NCBI GenBank assembly: GCA_035084275.1
Contig: CM068748.1
Span: 3,410,001-3,474,000, forward strand
DNA: 64,000 bases
Direction of reading: 5' to 3'
DNA from: Hydrolagus colliei
Taxonomy: Eukaryota
Made by a program: the position numbers and the translations under genes. The stretch's first letter is position 1; each line of letters begins with the position of its first letter. The notes beneath the pieces were generated by a model. That model was given only the letters and a program-made list of their open reading frames with translations, had not been told where the DNA came from and made no database searches. Shown piece by piece: positions 1 to 12,847 of the stretch.

Positions 1-2130
1 TTGCTCAGCAAAAAAGAAATTGACCACAAAGTGTATAAAAAAAGAAATGCCACAATACCGCAAAGATTTGATATTTAGCAGATACTGCACCTTCAGAATA
101 AACCTGCTCCGTGTGGTTTCAGCATTGAATACAAACAAATTATTACTGTCTGATATGATTCGGAATACATCCTAACATAATTCACAAAACTGCTTGCTCC
201 TTTATACAAAGGTTTGCGATTCTGTCTTGCAAGATAATAGAAAATTGCACCATACTTATTAAGAACAATGCTCACGTGTTCTAAATAGATCTACACTGTA
301 CAATTATCAGACTTATGCTGGTGGTAATATTCTATCAGACAGATCCAAAAGTCACAGGGTCCAATTACAGATTTGACGTTTCTACCACTTCTAATAGTGC
401 ACTCTTACTAAAATATCTCACAGCAACTGGTGATTGTGCTCATGCTGTAACCATGTTGGGTTTGGAAGCATCAACACATGTCCATGTGAATCAATGAGCA
501 TCACTGTACCCACCCTACATGCTAACCCTTGGGCTGGAGATGTTGTAACTATGTTGGTCGGGACAACTTGCCAACAGCAACCAGAGCAATAAGGAAAACA
601 TTCCCAATATATATTTGCTGACAGCATCTATGGCGAGTATCAAGACTTGTGTAAAAATTAATTGAGACCACAAACCCGATGCATGTAAATTAATTCAGTT
701 TCGAAGTCATTCGTAAGGACATTAAATAACTTTTGTGGGCATGATCTGCGAAAGAATGCAAAATCTATAACTGCATTAATTGTCCCCTCCAGCTGTTATT
801 ATACGCTGAAATCATTATGTTCCCTGCAGACCATCTCAGTGCAAGAAGGAATGTGAGACCACAGTCTGTGAAAGATGTAGGGTTGGTGTACTTGCAGTTA
901 ATACTAAATTGATGCCAAAAATTTTAATTCTTAGGATTCAAGTTGCAAACTGGGTAATTGTAATGTAGTAGATCTTGTCTCAGACAAGGTTCATGTTGTG
1001 ATCTCTGGTTCAGGCAGTGTTTCTAGGGTAGCAAAGCGTAAACTGTACTCAAAGCTATGAAATCCGAGAGGCAGTAATCGATTTTGCTGGCTAACATAGG
1101 CTGTTCTCAAGACCATAAGAAATGCATTAATAACCCCCACCTTCCTGAAAATAGCCCCAGCCTTCCTATAGTGCTTTCAGCCATCTGACATTTTGGCTCA
1201 GATGTGGCTATTAAGGGATTATGAGTGGATGTAGCCAATGTGGCCATCTGCGTGACCATTTTTCTGCGAACCAAATATTCTCAACAACAACCTAATGAAC
1301 TTGTTTTGGAAAATATCATTTATGCAATCCTCAAGGCCCACTGATTCAGTTTAATGAGTTAAGTCACCAGGGCAAAGGGATACAATAATCCTGGGATAGA
1401 AGAGATTTCACCACTTTTCCCAAACGGTCTTGTGAAATCCCTGTGAGGATTAAAGTGGAGTTCGGACAGAGATTTGCTTGTGCTTTGGGACCAAAAAAAA
1501 ATAAAAGTTTGTATCCTTGGCCTGAATTCAGGCTCATCTCTAGCTATTATCTCATTTCAATTCAGAGTCATGCCACATAAGCAGTACAGTAATTCTTTTG
1601 TTCTAGTTGTTAACGTTGTGCTGAATTCTAACTATAACCATTAATTATGCACTCTCAACTCAGGCTGGCTTGGTGAGTGCTGATTTTGTCTCTGAATCAA
1701 AAAATGAGTGGGTTCGAGAGTTGTACATGAGCTCATAATCTACATTGACACACGGGTTCAGTAAGTGTTGGTTTGTTGGAGTTGCGTTCCATTATTTCAT
1801 GATGCACTTTCCTGGAGGAGGATCAAATTCTCTTTGTGTCTTGACTGAATATTGCTTCCTCACCTAACTGCACCCCCCCCAAAAAAAACTATTTAAAATC
1901 ATGTAGCACCTTTCATATTGAGAAGATGTCTCAAAGTGTTCCATAGGGCTGACTGGGATCCAAAGAACTAGGAGTTTTGAACCCTCAGTGTAGATATTAT
2001 GTATTACGAAAACCAACAGGGCAGAACACTGACCTTAAGTTCAGTTATTTAGGAAGGTTCTCACACACACGCATACATGTTAAGTAAAGAAAGGAAATCA
2101 ATGAAATGTTAAGGTATAATTAATTATATT

Positions 2131-2193
2131 CAGCGCCTTGGGACATCCTCTTGATGTGAAAGGGCGCTCTATAAATGTAATTTTGTTGTTGTT
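2131..2193 (+). mobile_element. L2 3' tail only
   Basis: cagcgccttgggacatcctcttgatgtgaaagggcgctctataaatgtaattttgttgttg matches the tail at 49560-49630. Confidence 0.85.
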
Positions 2194-2276
2194 CTATACT
2201 GCTAATTAATGATCCTTAAGGGTCATTCTCATAAGAAAGACATCTCAAAGCGTTTCCCAGTAGTTTACTCTATATA

Positions 2277-2555
2277 CAATACAAAATTATATTTGTAAGG
2301 TGCTTATCACATCGGGAGGACCCCACAAGGTGTTGGATAGTCAGGGATTTGGACCTGAACAAGCAAGAAGGTTGAGATTATGGCAGGTGGTGACAGGGAG
2401 GGTGGAAGGGTAGCCGAAGGGGCGGTTGTGGTCGAGGGTCTTGAGCCATGCCTTGTAAGAGGCGAGGGAGAGAACGAGCCAACAGTGGGATGGAGTTCCA
2501 AAGGGTGGGGACAGAGAGGCCGAAGGTCCGAATGCAGATGGTGGGTCAGGCCATA
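2277..2555 (-). mobile_element. L2 3' fragment, diverged
   Basis: Reverse-complement L2 tail plus the end of ORF2. Confidence 0.8.
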
Positions 2556-4719
2556 AAGTGTAGTGACTGTGTACTCAGTGGGAACATCAGGCCCAGAAGG
2601 GTAGTGTGGTAATTGTAAAAAAACTACAAATGGGATATTGCTGCAGTAAAGATATTATGACCACATCAGAATTATTTTGAACACAATTCAACATGTTCCA
2701 GCTTTTAAAGTAAAATTTCAAACTCAGGAATTGCTGTAGCTTTCAGGTTAAAATGTTAAAATTAATCATGAGCTTGAATAAAGCCTGACTATAGTTGCAT
2801 ATTTTTATGGGGCCAAACACATTTGTGGTCATTTTTTATATGAGTACATAGTGTTCTTTTGATTTGCTTCTGTCTTCTCCCAAAAGAATAGTTTGAAAAT
2901 TGATCTTGATTTTTATACTATGTACAGTGTATAGATAAAATGCATGCAGAGTATTAAGTCCTTCACTTTGTCCAAACTCGTAAAATTTCACAAATGTAGA
3001 CATGTCTCTAAAGAGTCCCTAAAATAAGAGTAGATTTAAGGAAATCAAAAAGTAAGTGAAGCAAAAAAGTAGTAGATAAATAACAAACAAATCAAACAAT
3101 GGCAATCAACTCTGAAATTATTTGATTTGGTATGATTACAATCTGCATAAATAAAGCTATTTTCATCTTACTTTCTTCAATCAGCTGATTTGTTACCGCA
3201 TAGAATAAATAACTATCCTTTTCATTGCTGTGATGCCAGTAAACCCTGTGTCTTAGGGTGGTCCAGGAATCAACAATGTCTATATTTTATCTTCTTTAAA
3301 AGAAAATTGGGAATGCTTCTCATGTGGCTATGGTCTGAATAATTTTTCCGACAAACAAACATGTTAAATGAGACAAATTCCTGCAAACTAAAACTCCAAT
3401 GCAACTGAAATGCTCTCTGTAAGTTTACAACAAACATGTTTTAAACCGTCTGAGTAATGGCAGTTTCCACCAAACACAAATCTCCTACTGTTAAAAGCAT
3501 TCCAAGATAACTTTTGTTGGAAATCACTGTGGAGTTGATCTGTTCATATTATTATTATTACAGTATTATTAAATTGTTGTGTATACTGATACAGAGTATT
3601 TCTGCTGTCAGCTGTTAGTTGACAGAATAGGGATTGTTTTACCACAAGTGGCTATTAAAGTTGAACCATAACAAACTTTGAAATGGAATTTGATGAACAT
3701 TTGATGAGGAAGGATGAGGGAGGATATACAAGGATAGGGGCAAAAGCAGGGTATAGCGATTTGAATACTGTAGTTACCTCTTGTTTGAGCTCAGTAGGCT
3801 CAATGTCCTCATTCCACTTTTATTGTTGTATAGTAAGTATCCTAACAGCTACAGTGCAACAAGCAAGGACTTTATATTTAGAACAATAATTTTTCCCTTC
3901 CAAGCCATAATATCTTGATAACATAGCTTGTTTTTTTTCAACTACAGCAGTTGTACAACAGTACTCGGGATAGAAAAACATAGGAAAGTGAAATGCATAC
4001 TGGAGTGGTTATTTTGGAACGATGAAATCAAATGAGCCACAGGATCTCTTTTATGCAAACATCTCTTGTGATCCTGTCATCCTTTCTGATGACAAACTCT
4101 TGTCTGGTTAAATGGTTAGCTTTGGAATAAATTGTTTTTGTATTAAAATCTGGTGTGATTCTCTAGCCTGTGTGATGTGATGTCTTTAGCATGGTTGGCT
4201 TGTGTTGACAGGGCTCTATTGGAGGGAAGGGAAGTGAAATGGAGTGGAATTCTGCGAGCTGTAATGACTGTACTTTAATTAATTGGAATATAATTATAGA
4301 TAAAGCAAGCCAACTGATTGTCCAGTTCAATTTGATTGTCAAAACCTAGAAACAGAACCAGGAATGTATATAAAACAACTTTCCAAGTCGCTTTCCTTCC
4401 TTCAAGAAACATTGGAAGAATCAATCAATAACTTTTTAATGAAACTACTATGAAATATCCTCACCTTTTCATGACCAGCATGGTCCTTTATGCAGATTGA
4501 TTACACTGCCAGTGAAGAAAGAAAGCTAGCATGTAACAGTGAGGTAGCCACAAAACATTTCTCTAAGTGTTCTGTGATAAAATGGATACTCACTAAGGGA
4601 TGGAAGTGGTAAATACATATACTGTAATAAGAACTCAAGGACAAAATGTCATTCAGCCCATCAAATCTGATCCTTCCAAAAATCTAGCCTCTCATGAACT
4701 GTGTATGCACTCCTATTGT

Positions 4720-5003
4720 GGAGTGCTATACCTTACAAGCTAGAGATCTGGGTTCAATTCCCAGCAGGGCAAAACCTCGGCCAAGTTTCCTTACTCCACA
4801 TGCTTAATAATAATAATCCCTACAAAATATTTTTTTGCTAATTTCAATCCACGACCGTTTGTGGGACACTACTGTGCATGATTGGCTGCCACGTTTCGCC
4901 CACAAATATACAGTCAATTCACTTTACAGTATTTTCTGTGAAGCACTTTGATACGTCTAAGAAGACATGAACAGCACTATATCGAATGAAAGGATTATTA
5001 TTA
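4720..5003 (+). mobile_element. Young tRNA-SINE, near full length
   Basis: Same family; the head is partly deleted. Confidence 0.9.
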
Positions 5004-5054
5004 TCAAGTAAAATTCTAGAATATTTATGCCTTATTCAATTCCATTATTCAGTC

Positions 5055-5590
5055 GATCTGGTCAGGCTGTACCTGGAGTTCTACATAATGTTCTGGTCAC
5101 TGTGACATGTGAGAGCCACATACGCCCTGGAAGCAGCATGGAAGAGAACAACAACGAGGCTGACCCCCCAGTGTTAGCTGGATGAGCTATGAGGAAGAAC
5201 CAGATAAGCTGGAGATCTTAAGCCTTGTAAGGAATTGTAATAGAGAAATCATTACAGAGATCTTTAAGGTGCTGTGTGGGATAAATAAAATAAAACCAGA
5301 ACAGTGCTTTCAGCTAATAATAATAATAATAATAATAGTAATAATAATCCTTGAATTGGATATAGTGTTGTTATCGGATATTCCAAAGTATGAGGACAAG
5401 AAGTCAGAAGTTTAGGGGTGTGAAAGGCAAGTTTACAATAGAGGATTTCTGCACACAGAGGTTAATAGACAGTTGAAACATTCCAGGAAGGAATGTTGAG
5501 GTCAGGACAATCGCGACATCTGCAAAGCAGCTTGATGTTGCAATGGGAAGACCAGTAAATTGGGCATCCTGGAATAGAATAGGACCTTCT
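5055..5590 (+). mobile_element. Decayed CR1 LINE 3' end
   Basis: Frameshifted LVR..LE, SYEE..DKLEILSL and EIFKVLCG motifs of the CR1 ORF2 C-terminus. Interrupted by a SINE tail and (AAT)n at about 5315-5365. Confidence 0.8.
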
Positions 5591-7347
5591 TCTTCTAAAC
5601 CGATTCCTGTAAATCTGAGCTTTCCTTTTCATGCATGTCACTGCCCACCCCCCTCCCCCCCCCCCCCCCCACTGCCTGCCAGACCTCAGCGGCACAGAAA
5701 CCACTGAATTCCGTGGAGATTTCTTTATCAAGATAAACTTGAATAAGTATTTATTGAGGAATGAGACGGAGAGAAAGCAGTTGAAGGGGAATAAATGGAA
5801 CCTATTGAGATTGTGTGTGCTACCTATAGCTCAAGAAAAACAAACACCTTTCAAAAACTGATTGCAAATATTTGCAACTGTATTTGCACTCCAGTGCTAC
5901 TTGGAGGGCTCCAGTAACACATTGTACATTCTGTGATTTGCTCTGACTAAGTCTGTGGTGGATGAATAACATGGAACATCTGGCAATAGTCTTGAGATAA
6001 ACAAATCATCAAGACAGGGATACAGTTGGCTGAATGAAGGATGACTGACTGTCTTGAGTAATCTAGCTTGGCACACACCTCGCTTCTGTGCAAAGCCTGA
6101 TTCGAGAAAGTGAATGGCACCGTCTCTGAGTCCCAACTGGACCTCACAAGAATGGGTCACGTGTCAAATCGTGAAAAGGAAAGAAATAACAGCCGTACAA
6201 ATTCAACTCTTTCCGACAATGAAATGTAATATTCACCAAGAGAAAATATCAGTTTCTCTGTTACAATGCGGAAATTGCAAATCGATAGGCCCATTTGCAC
6301 AACACATAAAGTCCAATTTGACTCATGAGCTGATAATGTCATACAAAATAGGGCTTTAGGATATTTGGTCTATCGAGCATATTGGGCAATTTTGTTTAGT
6401 TCTTGGCAGATATTTGAATCCTATTTCACTGCTGTTTGTCTTTATCCCCTAATTCCCAGGTATTGATCAGTTAATTCTAGTAGACATTAAATAAACAGGC
6501 AAACTCAATCAAACCTGATTGTTTTGCTCACAACGTATGCACAGGCACAATAAAATGTGTGTATATATGCACCACACAGAAAACCAACACTGCAGGCTCA
6601 CACAGAACAAGGAGGGTTTTGACCACTGTCAAGTGAGGATTACATGACATTAAATAAACAGGCTTTGGGAAGTTTCTCTTTATTAATCAATGATTTGGGG
6701 AAAAAAAAGTATAACACAAGAATACAAATTACTGTACAAAGATGGCATATTTCACTGTGATGAGACATGATCCCAAATGCAGATATTATTAATACTGGTG
6801 TAAGAACTCAAAATGTAGTCACATCTGAGTTTCCCGTTAAAATATGTTACTTTCATGTTGTATTTGTAAGTCATTTCGCTCCCGTCCTTACAGTGACGTG
6901 GAGCAAGAAACTCAATTTATATTTCCTGCTCCACATTAACTCAAATCAGTGCTCCCACCACAACCACACATCTGATTTCAGTGTTCTGCAGATGGACACC
7001 AAGGGAAAAACTATCGAATGAAAGTTTTCTTTCACATTATTCTCTTTAATGGTGTTAAAATTGATTTGTTGAAAGTTCTCAGGCATCTGTGGGAATTGGA
7101 AGAGAATTCATAGGAGCAGACAAAGTGCGATCTTACTAAAAAGAATTGTTGCAAATTAAAAGCCTCCAATTCTATTACTGCTGAACCACATGTGTATACA
7201 TCTTACTGTAGCTCTACAATATTGGTCACATCACTAATCTCCCACTCTTTGCCAGGTCTATTGCATCCTATGAACAGTTTGTTTTATTATCTATTGCATT
7301 TAATTGCAGACCCAGCGAGAGTTTATTCATGAAGCCGAGACACGTTG

Positions 7348-7867
7348 ATTTCTATGGCAACGTATTAGGTAAGCATATCAATAATCATTGTAATTTTCCT
7401 TGAAGAGTATCTTTTTGGAGTCCATACTTGCAATAATAATTCATTGTTAAGCATAGAGAATGTTATTCCATTTCAAGCACCATAAACCAGTGTTAATACC
7501 ACAGGGAGTTGATGCGTATTACTGATACGATATACATTTATTCCCCATACCAATATATGCAAAACCATATTCATTTGCACATCAAGAAAAGTACCAATGG
7601 GGTTTCATTTGTGCCAGGATTGCATAGGCTTATGGCCAATGCTGTCAATACAATCACAAAGCTTTTTTTTTCATTTCTTGTTAAAAAAAAGTTAAATAAA
7701 TCAGTTTCGATGGCAACGTATTATTTATGCATAATAAATGTAATTCTCCTTCAGGGTATTGTTGGGGAGTCCATACTTACAATGATAATTAGTTGTTCAA
7801 TTGTTGGGCCGAGAGAATGTGATTCCATTTCAAGCATCATTAAAATAGTGTTAATGCCACAGAGAGT
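7348..7867 (+). repeat. Diverged local direct duplication (about 160 bp x2: 7348-7509 and 7704-7867)
   Basis: Shared blocks in the same order: atggcaacgtatta, ggagtccatactt, agagaatgt, attccatttcaagca, agtgttaat. Confidence 0.85.
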
Positions 7868-7914
7868 GGCTCAAACTAAGCAAGGGTTGCAAACAATCTG
7901 TGTGCCCATTTTTA

Positions 7915-8008
7915 ATAGGAACATAGGAATAGGAGGAAGCTGTTCAACCCCTTGAGCCTGTTCTGACATTCTATTAGATCAAGGCTAATCTGTACCTCAA
8001 CTCCAATT
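7915..8008 (-). mobile_element. CR1 3' terminus
   Basis: ataggaacataggaataggaggaagc...ttcaaccccttgagcctgttc. Confidence 0.7.
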
Positions 8009-8170
8009 ACAATACAAAATTACATTTGTATAGCACTTTTCAAGTCAGGAGGACGTCCCAAGGCACTGGACAGTCAGGGAGGGTGGAGGGCAGAGGGAGG
8101 ACAGGAGAGCTGCTGAGGGTATGGTTGAAGAGGTATGGCTGAGACATGCCTTGAAGGAGACAAGAGTTTT
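8009..8170 (-). mobile_element. L2 3' fragment
   Basis: acaatacaaaattacatttgtatagc...caggaggacgtcccaaggc. Confidence 0.8.
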
Positions 8171-8694
8171 CATAAATTCGCTATTGATTGCCACTAGAAC
8201 ATGATAGATTCATTGGATCTCATTCATAGCCATTACTAACCTACCTTTGCATTGCCTTCATCTTTGCTAATACATTTTTAATTAAAGATTGGTACTATTT
8301 TCTGAGGTGCACATTTCTGCTGGTCTATCAAATTACTGAAATTATTGATGTGCTTATAATGGTATTTCCTCATTATAAATGCCAGCTGGCAAACTTGGTA
8401 ACTTTAGCCACCAATTGAATTTCACACCTCTATAACTCAATGCTTTGCTTCTTTGTTTATGTCTGGCTTTTAGATTAACTTTGGCCTTCCTTTATTTAGC
8501 CATTGTTGTCCAGGTTTTTCCTAGATCAACATGTTTTAATAGGGATAGATTTTCTTTCCGTAACCTTTCAAAGGAAAGGTCTTGAAAAGAAATCACTTTT
8601 TTTTTAAAAAACTTATTTTCTAGTTCTCCTTCTCATTTAATCCTCCCAGGTCTCTCCTCATAGTTTCAAACTCTCCTAAATCTGGTCACTTAAT

Positions 8695-8853
8695 CCACCA
8701 CTGTTTGTGGGACACTGCTGTGCGCAATTGGCTGCCGCGATTCGCCCACAAATATATACAGTCACTTCACTTTACAGTGTATTCTGTGAAGCGCTTTGGG
8801 ACGTCGATAAGATGTGAAAAGCGCTATATCAAATGCAAGGATTATTATTATCA
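8695..8853 (+). mobile_element. Young SINE, 3' half
   Basis: Core and tail match the family. Confidence 0.9.
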
Positions 8854-10389
8854 TCAGTGGTGACCAGATGACATGGATGTTAACCATATTTTAACACAGG
8901 AAGCCAGCTAGTCAGCACCAGAAGCAGGTTCACCAACACAACCCGGAGGCAATAAAACAAGATGTAACAGGATTCCTCTTTGTTAACGTGTTGCCCTTAT
9001 CATTACCAATTTGTGTTCAGTTGTTAGTGCTATTTCCATTCTGCTGTTATAACCATCTCTTATTACCTGTTATATAGTATTCTCCCTTACCAACAACGCC
9101 ACTGCCTAATTTTTCATATATCAGATATATTTAAATTGATCTCAGGCCCATCTTTATTTACAATTGTATAATGTTTTATAATATGTCATTACGTTTCCCT
9201 GTATTAGACCAAAAGAGATGACTTCGTTACTCTTTGAAAAGAGTAAAGAGTAAAAGAATAAATGATGAAAATGTTTCACCCAAGAATTATGATATATCAA
9301 ATGTGATGCCTGTAGGTAATCCAAATACTAAATGTTTTAGGGGAAAATATAAGTCAGAAAGGTCAAACTTGGCAGTGATACTTATGGTAGGAAACACTGA
9401 ATAAAAACATTAAAATCAAAGATAACACAATGTTTTAGATAATTTAATATAATGTATTATAATGTGATCGAAATCATGTTACAGTATAATGTTGCAAGCA
9501 TAATAATATGCTCTAAATAGCTCTTATTTTATCAGCACAACATAATTCATTTTAAAATTGAAAATAGCAATGTTTTCGCTCTTTCCTCTGTATTGGTTTA
9601 TTGCCTGAGTAGTTCTGTTATTAATATACTGTATATATACTGTACCGAGATTCATTGCAGAATAATGTATGGTGCTTTGTAAACCAGAGTCAGTAATAAC
9701 AGCCTCAGATAACCAAAAATAACTTTTTTCAATGTACTGCATCACAGGCACAAAACAGCAACAACTTCCAATCATTCCAATAGGCAGGAATTCTGCTTTG
9801 GAGGTTTAATGAAAAATTTGTCGAAGGAGTTGCTGCTTGTGATACAGATTGCTATTACAAATCGCTACAAATTGGGCCCCATTTGGGTTTAATACAGTTC
9901 TGTGTACGGGATGTTATTGCTCAGTGACATGGCTGTGGAGATTCTTGTTAAATCACCAGCTTCGCTAACTAACAAGACACATTTTGTAAACTGTTTTATC
10001 ATTGTATTCTGTTGTGCTGTTTATTGGATTTGTAAATGTTGATGGGATATATTTGACTCCTAACAGAAGATGTTTGTTTCTGTTTCTGTGCTATTACTGA
10101 AATAAAGACAGATAAGAGATTAGAACAATTCCACACTGATCAGAAAACCACCCTCGAGGTCTCCCTAATGGATAAAGGCCATGCAGGGCAGAAGCTTGTA
10201 TGTTCGACAGGTGCTGTGTTAGATAATTGGATCCAGGTTAGCAACGTAAGAACCTGGGTGGAGGTGGGAGAGACAGCCTTTATTGCCACTTTTATCACTG
10301 CTCATTATTTTGAAAAGCACATGTTTAGTTGATAGGTAAAGCCCTCCACTGAGAGAATCATTTATCACTGTTTACTGATTAAACTCGCA

Positions 10390-10870
10390 TGTAAACTCTG
10401 GCTACGAGGGAGAAGTATATGAGGGCAACTTGTCTCCAAGAAACCATACTGAGCATGAGACAACCAACACCATCAGCTGAGGAGAGAACTTTCTGCGGTG
10501 GAGTATCATAACAATTGCAAAACTTGCATAATAATACAGGACAAACCCAGTTTGACTTGGAACCCAACCATGATTTTCCAAGAATCACTTTCTTGAATTT
10601 GAATGAGATTCAAAGTAAAAAGCAGAACAGCGTCTGGATTCCAGATTAGGGATTCAGTATTGCCAGAGTACCTGCGTAGTACAGTAGTAATCTTAATCAA
10701 GCTAACACAAAGACATGTAAACATGGCAACAGAGGAGAAAATTATGTTGTTGGACTCACTCATGTAAACCTCCAACATTTACTGCTGTGGGCTAACGGAT
10801 ATCTGAGATTTATGAGACACTAAAATACCATTTTAAAGCTGTGGGTAATGTTTTTACAACTGGTGTTATA
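10390..10870 (+). mobile_element. Possible relic of a LINE APE endonuclease
   Basis: One frame gives REKYMRATCLQET...FCGGVS, containing CLQET and GGV motifs. The rest is very decayed. Confidence 0.35.
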
Positions 10871-12185
10871 TTCCGAGTTTGTCAACTCCATGCCAAAGTG
10901 TCTTCACAACAGTGAGTCATGATAAAGACGACTAATATTTGTATTAATCTTAATAGCTCCTATAAGCCTCACTTTCGCAAGGGAAATGGCTGTTTTATCT
11001 CTCTCTTGAAGCTCGGTGCATGACACGAATAAATGTCTGGTCAAAAGAGGCTCATTACCATTAAGGCAATAGATGAATGAGTGAAGCCCTAATCATTTGT
11101 TGTCGATTTCCAGCAGCTGCTCTCATCGTTAGATTGAAATGAAATATGCCTTTACAGTTGTTGTCTAATGGATTCAGGATAGTGTAGGTGATATGTCACT
11201 GCATCACAAATTTGGATCGAGAAGCACTAACAGTACATCTCATGCTGTGCCACTAGTGTGTTCCAGCACATATCATATCTTCAGCACCCGACATCAATAC
11301 TGACAAAGTGATGCTTTTCATTCATTAGAATAGGAAGCAGAGCTTACTATTCAAAAGCTTTGCGGCAATTACAGCAGCTTATTTTTGCTGTGTGATCTTC
11401 CAGGATCAGCCATTTCTAACATTCTTTGTAACTTGTATTATTTTCTTTACTTTGATTAAAGATAATGGTCCACATAATATACTCCACTGTAATTTTACAA
11501 CAAATAGAATTGAGAATGAGCTCAGCACTTGAGTTTTTTCACTCACACCATTAAAACTAATTCAAAGTAGTACTTGCATTCCTCATATTTGATATAGTGC
11601 CTCATTACGTCAAAACAGATGAAAATGCTTTGCAGAATTTTGTAGGTGAATCTACAGCCAGTAATTTATAGACAGAGACGAGAGGTGTGTATTTATGAAT
11701 ATAGGAAAAAAACATAGGGCTCTAAAATGAGAATAGTCTTTTTCACACTGAAAAGGGTAAACAGGAAGGCAACAGGCAAGGTGCACCCCAGTCATTTTGT
11801 AAGATTCTGTAATTAATGTGTCAAATGATATCTCAAATTATATTAGCGATATATATATACATACAGTATTTGAGTCATATGATCAATCGCATATGATGGG
11901 AGCTAGTTGTGACTAGCTTCGCAAGAGAAACATAAGCCTGCTGATAAACAACAAACTGGTTTCTATCCTTATCAGTAATTTTCTCATGGTAAAGTGGTCT
12001 ACAGCTGGAGAGGGAGCTGTCTTGCATTTGTTTTTACAAAGGAACCATCTTGCAAAGGACAATAGGCGAAAGGTCACCTAAAGGATTATATAAACGGACC
12101 TTGATTTGGGAGAGAATCAGAAGAAAGAATTGACACCTGAAAGAAAGAATGAAGAAGAGGGATTAAATTGGATGTGCCAAAATAG

Positions 12186-12443
12186 AATTCCAGGCAGGGC
12201 GAAACCTTGGGCAAGTTTCCTTACTCCACACGCCTAATAATAATGCCTCAAAAAAACAATAGTAGATTGGTCATTTCAATCCATGACTGTTTGTGGGATA
12301 CTGCTGTGTGCAATTGGCTGTCGCTTTTCGCCCACAAAAATCTACAGTCAATTCACTTTACAGTATACTCTGTGAAGAGCTTTGAGACGTCTAGAAGATG
12401 TGAAAAGCAGTATATCAAAAGCAAGGATTATTATTATTATTAG
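12186..12443 (+). mobile_element. Young SINE, 5'-truncated
   Basis: Body, core and tail match. Confidence 0.9.
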
Positions 12444-12782
12444 TTAGACGTGCCATGGCACAGTACCTGGATACTTTTAAATGATGTAACATACAATACC
12501 TTGATAGTTTAGGATATCAAACTGGAAACCGTACAACAATAGTTGGGATACCATTTGATGGATTTACATTTGATTAAAAGGGACATTAAATTGGACTTTG
12601 CTACTCTATCTTTCCCACAGCATCTGGTTTGGCCAACTTAAATCATTGTGAACTATGCACGATACATAAGCATTACTGTGATGTATTCTTTTGATTACTT
12701 ATAACTATTATTAGTCTGAATTAACATGTATATTTTTTGTGCAACAATTCTGTCAGCCCTTACGTCACGCAGAGTCCATTAT

Positions 12783-12847
12783 TGTGAAGTGCTCTGAGAC
12801 GCCGTCCAGCGTGGAGGGCGCTGTATAAATCGAAGTTGTTGTTGTTG
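12783..12847 (+). mobile_element. 3' tail of a different L2-like family
   Basis: gtgaagtgctctgagacgccgtccagcgtggagggcgctgtataaatcgaagttgttgttg. A related minus-strand copy lies at about 44124-44170. Confidence 0.65.
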
